Of a DNA stretch of 64,000 nt, positions 1 through 14,129 are shown one piece after another (within the stretch, counting starts at the first letter, position 1; every line of letters begins with the position of its first letter). A program made the translations under genes and the position numbers. The stretch covers positions 19,340,587-19,404,586 of the forward strand of contig CM120648.1 of assembly GCA_051362555.1 (NCBI GenBank), read 5' to 3'. The notes beneath the pieces are model-generated. The model had not been told where the DNA came from, ran no database searches, and worked only from the letters and a program-made list of their open reading frames with translations. This DNA comes from Lingula anatina. Lineage: Eukaryota; Animalia; Brachiopoda.

Positions 1-1849
1 AAAAAAGTGTTTCTCAAATTTCTCCTTTACTTGAAGAACCACGAACACCGTTTTAACGCCAATTTAATGACACCTTTGAGTACTCCAAAACACTGTCAGC
101 AATTTTTCTTAAAATCATTATTCAGATATTATCATCGATAAGGCAACATAATCCCTTTCTTTAGTGAGGATCTGTATATAAGGGCTCGTTAACTCCATAA
201 TAAAAGTATTTAAACCAAAATGACGGAAAGAGATTGCAGCCTATTAACTTGTTGTCAGCTATGCCAATTTTCGTGATACAGTCTTATTCAGGGATACAGT
301 TACGCCCCAAACCGATTGCTTTCCCACCTCAAAGTAGAATGGTGCTAAATTGACAAATAAAGGTTTTGGATTTGCCGATAATATATCGCCGACAATTTAT
401 ATTTTTGAGGGCATTTTATTGTTTTATATCAGCAAAGATAGACCCACTATTGAATAATTAGATGCACGAATATCTCATTATCGCTATCGCGATGATAACA
501 AAGGCTTACAATACCGTTAAGATTCGTCAGCTTATTTATTTCTAACAACCAGAACACAGCTTATCAGGCTGAGTACTATAGTGGCGTCACCACTTATTCA
601 CCAAACGGTGACCCCGCCTGACGCAACACCTGCTCTATTAAAAAAAATATCTGAACATTTTTGTGAATTAGGTGTGACTTCTTTTGTCTTTTCAGATAAA
701 GTCTCTAAAATATTTACAGTCTTTGTAATTTCCCTTCACATAATTAACAAGGAAAGGTGCTACTACTGGGAGGGGGGGGAGTTAAACGTTCATCATTTGT
801 AGGAATAGTGCCCTTGCTGGCAAGGACCGCGCCGATTTAATGAAAACTTAAGCACTCTTAACTTGTACACTATTCTATCTTAACTTGTACACTATTCTAA
901 AAAGGTGGATTACGCTCTGTTGCCAATGTTCTGTAAAGTCATATGCCTGTCTACATAAGGCTTTAGCCCTAAACTACGTGAACTAATTATTTTGCAAGTA
1001 TAACAACAGTTAGTTATATTTTACATTATTTCCATAAATTGTCAAAGCTGCAGGTGGACTGCAGTGCTATAAAAAGGAAACTTGCAACAAAAAAATTGGA
1101 AAATTGTCTTGGATAATTTGCCATTGAATAACTCAAGGTCAGAAAGGACGTTGCAAAGGCAGTCATCTCAAAATAACTTCTCTGTAGAGTATATTCAATA
1201 GATACTACATTTGGTTTTATTTTACTGACCCTGTCACCTGTACGTAAAGATATGCAAGGGATCATTTTCTGTTTACCAGCAAACGGGGATGAAAAGAAAG
1301 TTAACCACTATAACCAAGATAAACTGATCAGGGCATGGGAATTTATTGACATCAGAGCTGGCTGCAGCGATACTCTTTCGAGAGAACGCACCGTGACGGG
1401 TTAAATCTGTCTACGCTTATGGATGCAGAATGGTATTGTGACAGTCAGTGAATAGCTAAGAGCGAGGTAAGACCCTGTCACCTGAGCACTATTTGCTATA
1501 TATATAACACCTTGGCATTCCAGTGCGCATTAGACCTGTATTCAGCATATTATTAGTAATTCTTGAATTTCCCACATCTTCCTGTAAATCACCAACACGC
1601 AACCATAAATGTTTTTGATCTGTATATCTGTTCTTGAGATGGCAATTGCTGATTTTTTGAGTCATTAAATTTATAATGTAGATTAAGACTGGCGATTTTC
1701 ACATGTGGCGGTATTAAAGTAATAGTGGTTATAACTTGGTCTTCTCTTGTTTGTCTTTAGTCTTACTTGATCATCTGTATAAATAGTCTATCACCAAATT
1801 CAAACTTCAGTACTGGAATTGTTCGTTGACAAGGCCATTCAACTGTGGT

Positions 1850-2720
1850 AAGTGAAGATTTCCTTTTACAAGTTTAGTTGTAATCTATCTGTATACTGAA
1901 GTACTTTGTACCTTTCAGTGGAGATGCCTTGAGATGTTTTGTAGCCAGACAGTCGTTATTTTCAAATAGGCTTAGATTTCTGGCACGCCCACTGAAGCTG
2001 TTAGAGGCTAATTAACTATCGTTTAGCGACTTCAGTAGGCGTGCCAGACATAAAAGCCCTTCAAATTAAAAGCAATTTGGTAAAAAAAAAACTCCTTGGA
2101 GATAGGTCGATCTAGTTAGATAAATACAGGCATGGGAACCCAGTCTAAGAGACCATTCCCAGAGACTATCGTAATAACTCTGCTCGAACTGAAAGCAATT
2201 AGGCGAGGGACCCCGTGGATTTGGATGGGAACCCAGTCTAAGACTGTATTCCCATCGTAGTAGCCGGATCGATCTAACTTTGCGAGACTTGTCGCTAAAA
2301 TGCTTTCACTGCTATCAGATTAATTTCCTCACTCGTTGAGTTACCAGGGGGAAATTAGTTATCAATAATTAACCCCTAGCAGCTTGATTAGGCGTGAAAG
2401 TTAGATTAGCCACACTGAATGCAATTTTGTGAGAATGTCTTTGAGTTAGATCGATAAAGCTAGCAAGATTGGGTTTATGGGAATACTCTCTACATGGAAC
2501 AGATCGCAACAAAATCACGTGCCTTGTTGTGAAGTATGTGATCAACAGTTTGCTATCACGGATTGTGGAGAAAATTGTTTGAAGGTTACCGTCTTTTGAA
2601 GTGAAATCCCCAATGAGGTACTGTATAGACAAATTTAACGTGTAGGACAATTCACTCAGAAGGAAGTCGTTTAAGACTGCATCCCATAACCTTGTCGTAA
2701 TTAGCAGGGCATTTCTATCT
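1850..2720. mobile_element. Cluster of related palindromic MITE remnants (PIF/Harbinger-like)
   Basis: Hairpin tctggcacgcc...ggcgtgccaga (1980-2049). The ends gaccattccca / tgggaacccagtctaa recur at ~2132-2240. The same family occurs at 54711-54931 and 59681-59906. Confidence 0.55.
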
Positions 2721-2741
2721 CAACAGGGATTCTCTTTAATA

Positions 2742-4186
2742 CCCCCGTCACACTAGAGGCGGAATGAGCAAGAATGGCGTCGGAAAGACAATTCTTTGTG
2801 CGTTCCTGGATATTCGAAGAGCGTTCTTAAAGCCACTAGTAGCAAGACGACCAAAGGCATAGAAAGAATACCCTGGGCTTATAGGTTTTTATAAAAAAAT
2901 TAAACATATTTCCCAAAAGGCCAATTAAAGACAGAGATTAAGTGCAGTGTCAAACGGCTGACGCTATAGCGCCAATTTGGGGGGAAAATGCTGTTTTCGG
3001 ATTAGGGATTTTCTCCATAACCAAGACAGCTATTTAAGTGATTCAAACGGCCTCATAAAGATGGTTGAAAGCACTTCAAATGGGTGTGAGGGAATCGTCT
3101 TAGGTTGCGTTCACATGAAAAATCTAAATTCTAAAAACCTAAAAATCCATTGACGGCATCTAGTGATCACGGGCTGTACCCTGAATACCCCGCGGCGTAA
3201 TTAACTAGCAGGCGGGGGTGGGGGGGGTGTTAACCAGCGGCTCATATGCGTCTATCGACATTAATATTGCGTCTACACCGCTAAAAATAAGTTTTAATTA
3301 TTGGCAACGTTATTGCAACATATGATTTTTGCAACGTCAGAAATCATTTCATATTTTTACATTATCCAGTATTATCGCATTTTAAAAATACCCTTTGGTA
3401 TCAGGGGTCTGCTATAATGTGAGAAATCAAGGAGTAGGTATTCAGATTCTTCATATTTCAGCTCATCCGAGGCACATTCGAAACATTCTGGCGGGATATA
3501 AAATCCCCGTCACACTAGAGGGGGAATGATTAAGAATGGCGTCTGAAATACAATTCTTTGTGCATTCCAGGATATTCGAATAGCATTCTAAAACATTCTA
3601 AAAATTCTGAGTCCATTCCAAATATTTTACCCATACTTGTGGCCGGCTCGAATGTTTTTGTCATGTCAAAAACTTTTGAAGTGCATTCCAAGAGGAAATT
3701 TATCGAATGACATTTGAACAGTATTCTAACTGCACTATGACTGCATTCTAAATATTATCACGGCATTCCGACAGCATTCGAAACATTGTGATCAGTTACC
3801 ATTCCAGTGGCTTTATTTATACACTCTTGGCATCTTGTTACATTCTAAACATGTTAGAAAGTAATTTTAATTAAGTATTTTAGGTATTTCAGCTGCATTA
3901 TGTTTGAATTTTTTTATATTTCAAACCATCACTGGCAGCCATACCGGGAGCAGTTGACTGCATTTGAGTTCGCTTCATATATCATTCGAGGCATCTTCTT
4001 ACATACTTCTGCCTGTATTCGGCCAGCAGTCAAACCACACTCGTACGGCATTTGAATTTCATTCGGAATATTCTGACTTCAATTTGAAATTCCCTCCCGA
4101 TTATAGCAGGAATTTTTCAATTTATTCATTCTGGCTGGTTCTACCTTGATTCCTGCTGGTTCCGAATAAGTGCGACGGGGGCCTTA
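2742..4186. mobile_element. Non-autonomous TIR element with duplicated left end
   Basis: ccccgtcacactagagg at ~2743 and again at ~3505, each followed by ~100 bp of similar sequence. Inverted end agtgcgacgggggcc at ~4169-4183. Interior is rich in cattc/gaatg motifs. Confidence 0.5.
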
Positions 4187-5278
4187 AGTCGCGTGCCAGT
4201 TCGAATATCCCTCGAATGTGATCAGAATGTTTTGAATGTTGTGAGAATATTAAGAATGCAGTCACAGTGCTGTTAGAATACTATTCAAATGCCATTCGAT
4301 CATAAAAATCCCGCAGACTACATTCTCTCCCCGAATACGCATGCATGCGTACATCTTTTCGTAGCGACTTACAACAAGTCGGAGGCAGTTGTAAATTTAC
4401 GTGCATATTTACAAGAGTTTGTAACTTACAAAACTTCGAAAATACCAACTGACAAGAACGATCGGACTTACGTGAAAAGTTACAAGAGTTTGTAAGTTAC
4501 AACCTTTCGAGAATACGGCCCCAGTTGTTAATAGATGGCGCAGCGAGTAGTTTTTAGAGGACATTGTGTTTTTGGTGCAAAGATGAAAAACCACCTTCGT
4601 CGGGGTTTACAATTGTATTTTTTATGGATTATGCGATATAGGCCTATTTCTATTTATTTCTTTTTACCTACACAGTTTGGTAAAATGATTTTTCTCCTTG
4701 ATTATATCGGCTTATAGAAATATAAATTAAAATTGTTTGGAAAAAATAAATGTAATTTTGACTTTTTACAAGTGTTAATTTCTATAAACATGTATGTTCA
4801 AGCTATTTTTAAATAAAAGAGAAAAATAACAGGAATAAAAGTTTAAGCAGAGTTTCGAATTGTTGATATCGAATAAGAATTAAAAAAAAAATAATGGGGA
4901 ATATCTACTTGTCGTTGATGCTGTTTCCCCTCTCTAGCTCTGGCTAAGCGTAGTGGAAACCAGAGGCCAATTCCATAAGAGCATTCTAATTTAGCATGAT
5001 ACTAGGTCTTAGAATGATTCTAAATCCCTAGGTGTATACTTGTTAGCAATCAACTAATTTCTCTTCCATAAAACCATACAAAGAATCATTCTTACTAGTA
5101 GTTTGCTAAGATTTGGCTAGAATGGTGTCTTCATAGGAAAACCACAAAACCACAGGGTCAGTTTCGCCAAACAGTAGGCAGTGACAGGGTGAAAGTTAAA
5201 CTGAGTGCAGGCTGAGGGAAGTACTGGTCAAGGCATTCCCATGTATTCTATAAAAGCCCTATACAGAAAGTGGTCAAA

Positions 5279-5540
5279 ATAGCAACTTCAGCTTCAGGGA
5301 AGATACAACGAAAGCCAAATTATTCGACACACGAAAATCTCTTTATAGCCAAATGCTATGAGGAATTTAAGGACTCATTAGATAATCAAAACAAGGATGC
5401 CAGCACCAATGCTAGGAAAAATAAAGCTTGTTAAAGCAAACTGAATCAGCACAAGGCAAGGTTTCCTAATGTTTCGAGATCTTTGGAAGACTTGAAGACA
5501 AAACTGCCCAAACTAAAAATGGAATCTCGTGCAAATTAAT
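5279..5540 (+). pseudogene. Myb/SANT-like DNA-binding protein fragment (Harbinger accessory-gene type)
   Basis: Manual translation RKPNYSTHENLFIAKCYEEFKDSLDNQNKDASTNARKNKAC*SKLNQHKARFPNVSRSLEDLKTKLPKLK fits the RxxNFSxxE...TNxxKxxAW Myb/SANT-like pattern. There is an in-frame stop and no ATG. Confidence 0.65.
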
Positions 5541-7829
5541 TAAGCAAGAGAATCCAAAGTTAAAACAAAAAATATTGAAATTGGAAATTGAACTTTTGGA
5601 ACATAAACTTAATGCAAGCACACATAAAGATGACACTGACCATTTATTATCACTGTATTTAAGTTTGTGACCAATACCATTTATCCACTGTCTGTAAAAT
5701 AATTCTTAATGTAAATTGTAGGACATTTGCCTAAAACATTAAATCTGGTGTCAGATCATTAAATACAATGTTCTTTCTTATTTCATTCTCTCAAGCAAGA
5801 GTAAAGTTTAGGATCTATTTTGTATAAGTAATGCACGTACTCTGTGTCTATTTAACTGTAATAAGGTAATAAGGCATGGTTTCTCCCGGTAGGGTGGGTA
5901 ATGTCATTTTTTGACAATGTCAGTTTTCAGCAAAATGCCTTCTCTGGGAAATCTATATCTTTTTACAAGTTCCACATCATCAAAAATGTTCAACGTATTC
6001 CTTCTATCCCGAAACACTCTCCTAGACATATCTGTTAAATATATCCCGACCTTTCTTTTCTTTTTTAAATTATATAATCTTATATAGAAATGAAAAAATG
6101 GGTTAAGGAATCAAAGCCGAAAACCTATTGAATGATCAGAGAGAGAGAGAGAAAGTGTAGGTGTTTTGCTTTACAAATATCCCCAAGTAATATAATCTTA
6201 TAGGCCTATAAAAATGAATTAAATGATTACCCATGATATGATAGCTATTTGTAAGATAAGAGAGAGAGAGAGAGAGAGAGCCGGGGCGGAATTTTGCTGG
6301 AATTTTTGGTGAACTTGACCTGGGTGTGGTGTGAAAAAAATGGACATCGGACTCAGGTCGGACATGAAGAACAAAACAAACAAGCACAAAAGAAGCACGA
6401 GCGTAATCTCCTCTCAACTCATCTAACACACTCACGTGGTCAAATGCACCCCAGGTCAGCCTCCGGGGGTCATGTAGATACACCCCCGCACCGATAATCC
6501 CCTTTGGTAATTTTTTGTATTATGCGCATCTGGTGGTTAACTTATTTCTGGTGTCAGGTTGCCGTTTATAGCCGCCGGTGGACCACTGGTGTAGGGCCTA
6601 CTGCTGGTGGTTAGCTGGTGGCAGATTGCCGTTGGTAGCCCTAATGTAGCTGGTGACCGGTCCACCGGTGACCCATTTGCGATTTTCTCATCGTAATAGT
6701 TAAGAGTAGCTTATTTTTTTTTCAAATACGCGTATGCGTATTGTAATAACCTTACCTCATTTCGGCGGAAGTGTTTTTTTTTACCTTTGTTCACTCGTTT
6801 GGGAGTGCGCAATTTCCTAGCATTTCATTGGCCTATAAAATTTACGTGACGTAGACCTACTGCACGCGACGGCTGCACGTGACGTCTGCGTCGACCACTC
6901 TACTCCGCCTGACTGCTGCCACTGGGCTTCCATTTCACTATTATTTCATGTAAAATAGGTAAGCCTAATAATAATTAAATACACTGATTGCCAGATCTTT
7001 TCAATGTAGGCCTACATGTAGGAAAAATGTTGATTTATAAAACAGCTTTTTAAAAAATAAATTCTGGAAATTAGTACATTGTTATTGAGTGGAAGAAACA
7101 AAATGTGAAAGCTCCACCTAGGCCTTCTATAGCCCTATAAGATATAGGTATGAAAAAAATTGATTATAAGATTCGTATTTTGTATTTGAAAGTTTGGTAT
7201 TTTTTGCCTCTTGAAAAGATCGAGTCAATTAAAAGGTATACATTTTCAAAGTGTATATATTTTTAAAAAATAAAAATGTGGTGTATCAGTGTGTTATGAA
7301 AGGTTTTCTGTGGCTTTTATTTACGTAAAATTAATTTTAATAAGGATTAAAATGGAAAAAGACCCATAATAGATTTATGAATGATATTGATAACAATTGG
7401 AAAAAGTAAAGTTTGTATCTTAAAATAAACCTTGGAATATAAACAGTGAACATTGGTCCTTTTTTCTTTTGTGGTCCCGCCTAGCTAAATACTATTATTA
7501 AAATATCGGCAAAACGTCTGACATATGTGATGACTTGAAAACTGCGCTGCACTCCAACGAGACGGATGCGACTAATTTCTCACTCAATTTGGTAGTTGTG
7601 ATCGCCACCTTTATTTCGTATTTCAATTTATTAAACCCTTGACCCCAACGGCTCATCAGAATGAAATACAGTGACATTATAAAGTCATATCAACGAACTA
7701 CCACTTCAACAAAAACTACTACTGATACAAATATAATAATAATAATAATTCATTATACTGACGCTAGTCTTAGCTCCGATGCACATTGTAAGTATTTCCC
7801 GAAGCTGTTTAATTGTGAGACATTGTTAA

Positions 7830-8381
7830 AGGCCCAGTCACAATGTCGGCGATCTGTCGGGGATTAGTTTTGGCCGGGGGTCGTCGTAGAAAATAAAAAA
7901 AAAATCCTTGAACAATCCTAGCAATAATCCTAATAAAAGTGGAGCAGTCACATTGTCTGAGATTTTGACCCGGTTTTGTCGAAAAATCGTGGGATTAGCC
8001 TCCGATTGCATCGGAGGCGATCGGAGACGATACCTGCGAGCGTCTTTTCTCTTAATTTTTCCCCCCTGGGTATATGTGGTTATATATGGGTATATATCCG
8101 GAGGACGCCTCCGATTAATCGGAGGGCATCGTAGGTCATCGGAGATTGTGTCTGGGATGCCCAAAATGGGTGAAAAATCTTGCGAGCAATCTTAAAATTT
8201 TAAGTTCAAAGTTGGGGACCGCGACGGGTGTGGCGATGTCTAAAAAATCTGCGACAACCCGCAGGCGTCCGGAGAGCGCCTCCGACGGGTGCAAAATCGT
8301 GAGATCTGTCTCAAGATTTTGTTAAAATTTCCCGGGTTTTACCCATCCCCGACGCATCGCAACTGATTTGTGACTGGGCCT
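7830..8381. mobile_element. PIF/Harbinger-type MITE, 552 bp
   Basis: Perfect TIR aggcccagtcaca / tgtgactgggcct with TAA on both flanks (7827-7829, 8382-8384). GC-rich interior. Confidence 0.85.
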
Positions 8382-8990
8382 TAAGTGATAATAGTTCAAT
8401 TAGTTTGAAGACTGTAAGCTTTTTTTACCCTTTAACATATATATATATATAGATAGGCCTATATGAAGCCAGGGATCTTCTCTTGAAATAGTATTTATTT
8501 CAAAAGATTTACACATCACGGTCTCCTCTGCATTCACAGCAGCGAGGCGGCCCGGCTCGTTAAAATTCTCAAGAGACTCGCTTAAATTTGTTAAAATAAA
8601 TAAATAAATAAATAAAACCCTCGCTGAGATAAATTACTACTAACAGTATTTTTTTATTCAGGTTAACTGAAAATTATAAAGATGGTGAAGTAGCCATTAA
8701 TTTCCTACGGATCATGTAGAAAGGTGATGAATAAGACAATATATGGAAAAACTGGTCGTTTATAACTGACCAAATATGTCTAGAGATAATACAGTTTACA
8801 TTCAAGTTGACCACCAATATCTGGCATATATATGCATATTTGTAATGTTAAGATTTTTCATGTTTTTAAAAAGGCAAATAATTAAATTAAGACTAGACAT
8901 AAGGAAGTGCACATGGCGCATTTTGGTAGTCATTTTAACGTATTTTCATTAATTCCAATCTGATTTCTTTACCGATAAATTATTCGTATT

Positions 8991-9995
8991 ATGGTTTTCA
9001 GAGATCGTTTCATCTTCACCACCCTCCTGCAGATAAAAGCTATGCTGAAGAATAACATTATTGTTCTTACAAGGTTAGAGCAAAGATTGAAACAGAGCAG
9101 AAATCCTGATGACAATATTGTCTCAACTGACGAGTTTGCATTTCCTATGGAGACTAGGGAAGATGTGGCAAGGGTTGAAAACATACTTAAAGATAAACAT
9201 AATGAAATTACTGGTAAGTTAAAAAAATAATAGTGTGATTAAAATTAATTAATGTAGTGATTGTTGTGCTGAAGCTACATATGGAATAAACAATAAGTTG
9301 ATTTTTAAAATAGTGGTTATTTGATAAATGATTAATATAACATTTTAATCTGAACACTTATCATTTGTTGTATGTATATATATGAATGTGCTCTACTAAT
9401 TAAGAATATTTTATATTTATTTCAAAAGTCAAACCATCTTGCCACACTGGGAGGGTTTTCCACCAAGGAAATGGTACAGTGTAGATAGGATCATGTCTAC
9501 TATTTTTAAAACTAACATATTGCATGCCAGTGTAACTGGACTGGGAAGGGCGGAAAGGTTGCACTAAAAAACCTGGCCCTTACAAAAGCAATGGAATGTT
9601 TGCATTTCGTAATGATCAAATAATGTTTGCTCAGATATATTTTTACATATTAATTGTATTATAATGATCCTGAAGTAAAGTTACAGTTCAAAATGTAAAG
9701 GTTGTTTCTTCTGAACAACTTTGTCTTTTTATGCTTTTTACATATATTCTCTTAAGGATAAACGCATATCAACCTATTTCTGTCCTTTGATGAGACCATT
9801 CCGTTTTGTAACTCCTGTTTGAACCATTTTTGTTTACTGTCAAATTTAGCACTGTTAAGATAGGAGGATTAAGTTAAGTTTTTTATGTTTTCACAGATGC
9901 AGGTAGATCGAGAGCTACCGAGGCTGAATAAGACACATGCATCAAATTGTGGCTCAAAAATGCACATGGCGGCAGAAAATTGAGGAAAATAAAAA
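8991..9995 (+). pseudogene. Decayed multi-exon DUF4806-like (transposon-associated) gene
   Basis: Segments FAFPMETREDVARVENILKD (donor gtaagt at ~9214), HLATLGGFSTKEMVQ...CNWTGKGGKVALKNL (~9430-9597, with frameshifts) and IKLWLKNA (~9897-9990, preceded by a stop) resemble the DUF4806 pattern. Recognised by eye only. Confidence 0.5.
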
Positions 9996-10010
9996 AAGGA
10001 GGTAAATAAA

Positions 10011-10232
10011 CACACTGGACAAAAGAAGTGTCACCCCCTGAATCAGAGTACTAAAGGTTATAATGCCTGGGTCCACTCTTAATATGACTAATGAGTATAA
10101 AACCGCTGTACTATGGAATTGTATTCTTTTTTTTTTTTGAAATTTCATGTTTATAAAATGATACCAGAAGCATATCATTCCAGAGTCATTTATCTCCCCC
10201 AAAGTATTGGTTCACTTCTATTGTCCAGTGTG
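10011..10232. mobile_element. MITE with CAC termini, ~220 bp
   Basis: TIR cacactggacaaaagaagtg / cacttctattgtccagtgtg (1 mismatch in 20). Confidence 0.7.
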
Positions 10233-10509
10233 TGTAACAAAAAAAAAAAAAAAAAAAAAAAAATAATAATAATAATAAATAAATAAATAAATAAATAAAA
10301 ATAAAAGAAAAATAAATAAAAATAAAATAAAATAAAAATCACTGTTACAGGTGATAATTGTGATGAGAAATATTAGTTTTACGCATATCTATTTTATCTG
10401 ATATTAAATAATTATTTTCCAGTTACCTTTGTACGGTATTTCTTTTGCGCGTCTATAGTTTTGCTATGAAAAAAATACCAGAACTCGTGTTGCGCAAAGG
10501 ATTATGGTC

Positions 10510-10622
10510 TATATGAATGAGGCGCCATTTTCTTCAACAACCAGGAAGTAACAGGACGGAGATTGTGGGATAATGTTGAACATATTTGACAAAGAAAGAG
10601 ATATGATCTGACCGACTTGTAG
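10510..10622 (+). promoter_or_regulatory. Candidate promoter and non-coding first exon of the ROCO gene
   Basis: YY1-like gcgccattt and ETS-like caggaagt motifs. Possible donor ag|gtatat at 10623, and acceptor ttacag at 10716 just before the ATG at 10731. Confidence 0.3.
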
Positions 10623-10730
10623 GTATATGGAGCAAGTGTTTATGTTACTGTGATCTCCAAGCTGCAGCACCAGAAGTGAACATAAAGTTTAGCAATCGCT
10701 GACAGAAATATTACAGGATCTACTGTCGGA

Positions 10731-11682
10731 ATGGAAGCCATATTAAGGAAATGGAGAAAGTTTAGACGAGGTGTAAATCCAAGATCAGGACAGGTGACAG
10801 TACAGACACAACCTCCATTAGCTGAACAGGAAACAAATACAACATCAGCTCCACATCCTCCTGTTTTCTTAGACAAGGCAGAATGTGTGCATTCCTTCAG
10901 TGCTCAACTGGAAGATGATGATAGAGAAATACGCATATCTGTCATAACTGGGTTAGCCATAGATAAGGAACACATGTTTGTTGTGGATAATGAAAACAAC
11001 AGAACAAAAGTATTCACACATGAAGGACAATTTAAGTTTGACATTAAAGTAAACAATCCATGTGATGTGGCTGTGTCACAGACTGGTCACCTGTATATAA
11101 CATCATGGGGTGACAGATGTGTCCAAGTGTACTCCACCAGAGGTCAGCAGGTGACAACCATGGGTCAGGGTCTACTGAAGTTACCATGGGGTATTACACT
11201 GAACAGACAAGGTCATGTGATGGTTTGTGACAATAGAAAGAAGTCCATCTTGACATTCCATGCAGACAGTGGACAGCTCCTGAACACTATTCCACTCAGT
11301 ATGTGTGTAGACCCAATGTACATCACAGTGAACAGTGTGAATGATAACATTGTGATATCAGACTGGGAGGGACACTGTGTACATGTGCTGTCACCTACTG
11401 GTGATCATCTGTACCAGTATGACGGCAGCAGAGAAGGCAGTAAACTGAGTTATCCACGTGGAGTGTGCACAGACAGCTATGGTCACATCTTCATTGCTGA
11501 CTATGGTACCCACAGGATAGTGGCACTGAGTCCACAGGGACAGTTTATCAGATACATTGTCACTATGGATGATGGGTTGGAGTATCCCTGTGCAGTAGTC
11601 ATCAACCCTGCTACTGGTCAACTGGTGGTGGGAGAGTATGGCAGCAATGTTAAGACATTCCAGTACATTGACCTGAAACAAG
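10731..11682 (+). CDS. NHL-Roc-COR-HEPN-TM protein, coding exon 1: NHL-repeat beta-propeller (TRIM2/3/71-type)
   Basis: 319-aa ORF with NHL repeats (PCDVAV, PWGITLN, PMYITVN, LSYPRGVCTDSYGHIFIADYGTHRI, LEYPCAVVIN). Ends CAA G|gtgagt, phase 1. No RING or B-box. Confidence 0.9.
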
Positions 11683-12521
11683 GTGAGTAACATGTATTAA
11701 CTGTGGATAGATATGATTATTATGTAAAATATTAGAAAGTTAATTAGTCTTACAATGTTTTTATCCATGAATATGTTTGCCTTTATTTCAATAAAAAAAC
11801 TTTTAAGCATATTTAAATTCAGTAAGCACACAGATGTGCTTTAGTAAAAATGTATGTAGAGTGGAGACTTTTTCTATAGTTAATACTTTACTGTTACTGA
11901 CAAATTTCCATGAACCCATTAGTGATTAGGATTTTGAATAATGATGAAGAACTCTTTTTAATGGAATTTATAGTATGCTTTATTTGTATTTTTATTAAGT
12001 CACAAGAAAAACATCTTACATTGTTTAATCCCTGAACTTCTTGTCCATTTGTCAGTGAAGAACAACTCAAATCTCACAACAGAACAGTCCAATTCTTCAT
12101 ATTCTTCATCTTGTAGCTGTTCATGAAAGCTTAGATATACCTAAATTCTCAAATGTACTTTGTCAAGTTTCTTGATGTCTTACCACTTCTAGATTCAAAG
12201 ACATTTCATCACTAGTTTGTTGTTAACACACACAAATAAATTAAATGTTGAAGTACTTTGGATAATACCTTATTTTCCTGACTTTGTGGATTGTTCTTTG
12301 CAAATAAAACTAGCAGACGACCATTTTTCATGAAATGGAACTACTTTTCACAGGAAGTAGTGTATTCATACACAACAGTGACCTTGGGTTTGGAATACAA
12401 AAAAATAGTACATGCATTCATACTGTCACAGCATGCAAATTATAATGAAATATACAAAACTAAACACATTTTTATGTAACACAAGTTAAATGCATTTTTA
12501 TTTATTAAAATAATTTATTTA

Positions 12522-12552
<31 letters not shown>

Positions 12553-14129
12553 CTGGATAAAAACATTGATGAAATGGTTTTGACCACCTTTTTGGACTTT
12601 TTTAAACTTCATGCTGATAGACCCACATATTTATGTCAAAGGCCCGGACTAAATCTAGTCCCATGCATAAAAAGCCCAGACCCCATGTTTATTACGCCCT
12701 GGCTGGGCCCATTCTTTATGGTGTTTGTTTTGTTAACAGCATAGTGGGCAAGTTAATTGACCAAGTTAATTGGCCAAGCTGCCAGTTTGTTTGTATGGCA
12801 TGTGCGGGGGATGTCTTATAGAATAATAAAACCAGACAGAATATGCTGTGATTCCTAAATAAAATAGATGGGGGGGGGGGGGGGGGGGGGGGGGGGGGTA
12901 GGATACACCAAGGGGCTCATGATTATAAATACCATAGCATTAATAATAATGGTTACATATGCACAACTCCTTTCTTATGTTTAAGTCATAACATGGTAAA
13001 TTCATCTGATTATCACGTAGGTGTAATATTTGGCCTTATCAAATATGTTTTTCATTGCATTAACAAAAATAAGTAAAATGTGTACAAAAGCCTGTTTCAG
13101 CAAAATGGTTTAAAATAATTTTTACTCAGAACATATCTTTGGAAGAACCTGCTAGGGGAGAAGACATATATGTTGTGGGAATTATACACCAATATCATAT
13201 TCACCATAAATCATTGACATAAAGAGCTAGTGCATCATATTTATGACCTAAGTTGAAAATGACCCATCGTAACAGCTAGAAATAGGCACTTTTTGGACAC
13301 ATAATTGGCCATATTTTTGTAAATTGTAGTCGGATTATTATAATTCTTTTTTTTATTTTGTTCCTATGAACAGTCTCTTTGATATCAGTCTATCAGCAAT
13401 CTCTAATCATAAATTGTTAATTTATCAGACACTTGTAACATTAACCACATTTAATTGTTCACCCTGATTGTGAAACAGCCGCCTGCTCCAAATGTACTTG
13501 GTCTGCTCCAAATTAAAAAAAAAAAATCTGGATGTTGATAAAATTTATTCTGAACAGTCTATAAGCCAGGCAGATTCAGTACAATGGCATATGTATTTGT
13601 AGGTTGATAAGTTATTAACTAAAGAAAAAAAAAAAAAAAACTTCATGTAATAATCATAATAGTGATACATAATACATGTATGATGATACATTTCACCATG
13701 TTATGATGCAAACACCAAATGGAAACAAAAATAAACTTGTTATTAAACCAACTCAACAAATGTTTGTGCCAAGCAGATATTTAGCATTGTACAATGTACA
13801 TGTATTTCAGGAACTGCTCAGAATTATGCTGATTGCCATTTCAAGTCTTAATTAAACAAACATCAATGTCGCCTACAAAACTGATACAACTGCACCAAAT
13901 ATCTTTTGCTATATGAAATACTTGCTGAAATGATGTTTTCAATAGAACTTATTTTTTATTTTATCTTTTTATTTAATCATGAGAGAAACTTTCTAAAATG
14001 TTGATTCTCATTTCTTAGTATTATCATTATGCTTCACATATATATCAAGGCTGTTGCAATGTTTTTTAACTAGTAAACAAAATCTCTTACACTGCTGCAG
14101 CACATCATCTGCTAGCTACAATTTTAACA

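Noticed and set aside
10731-11690. Stand-alone TRIM E3 ligase
   Set aside because: No RING, B-box or coiled-coil exon is seen upstream, and a consensus donor is in phase with the Roc exon.
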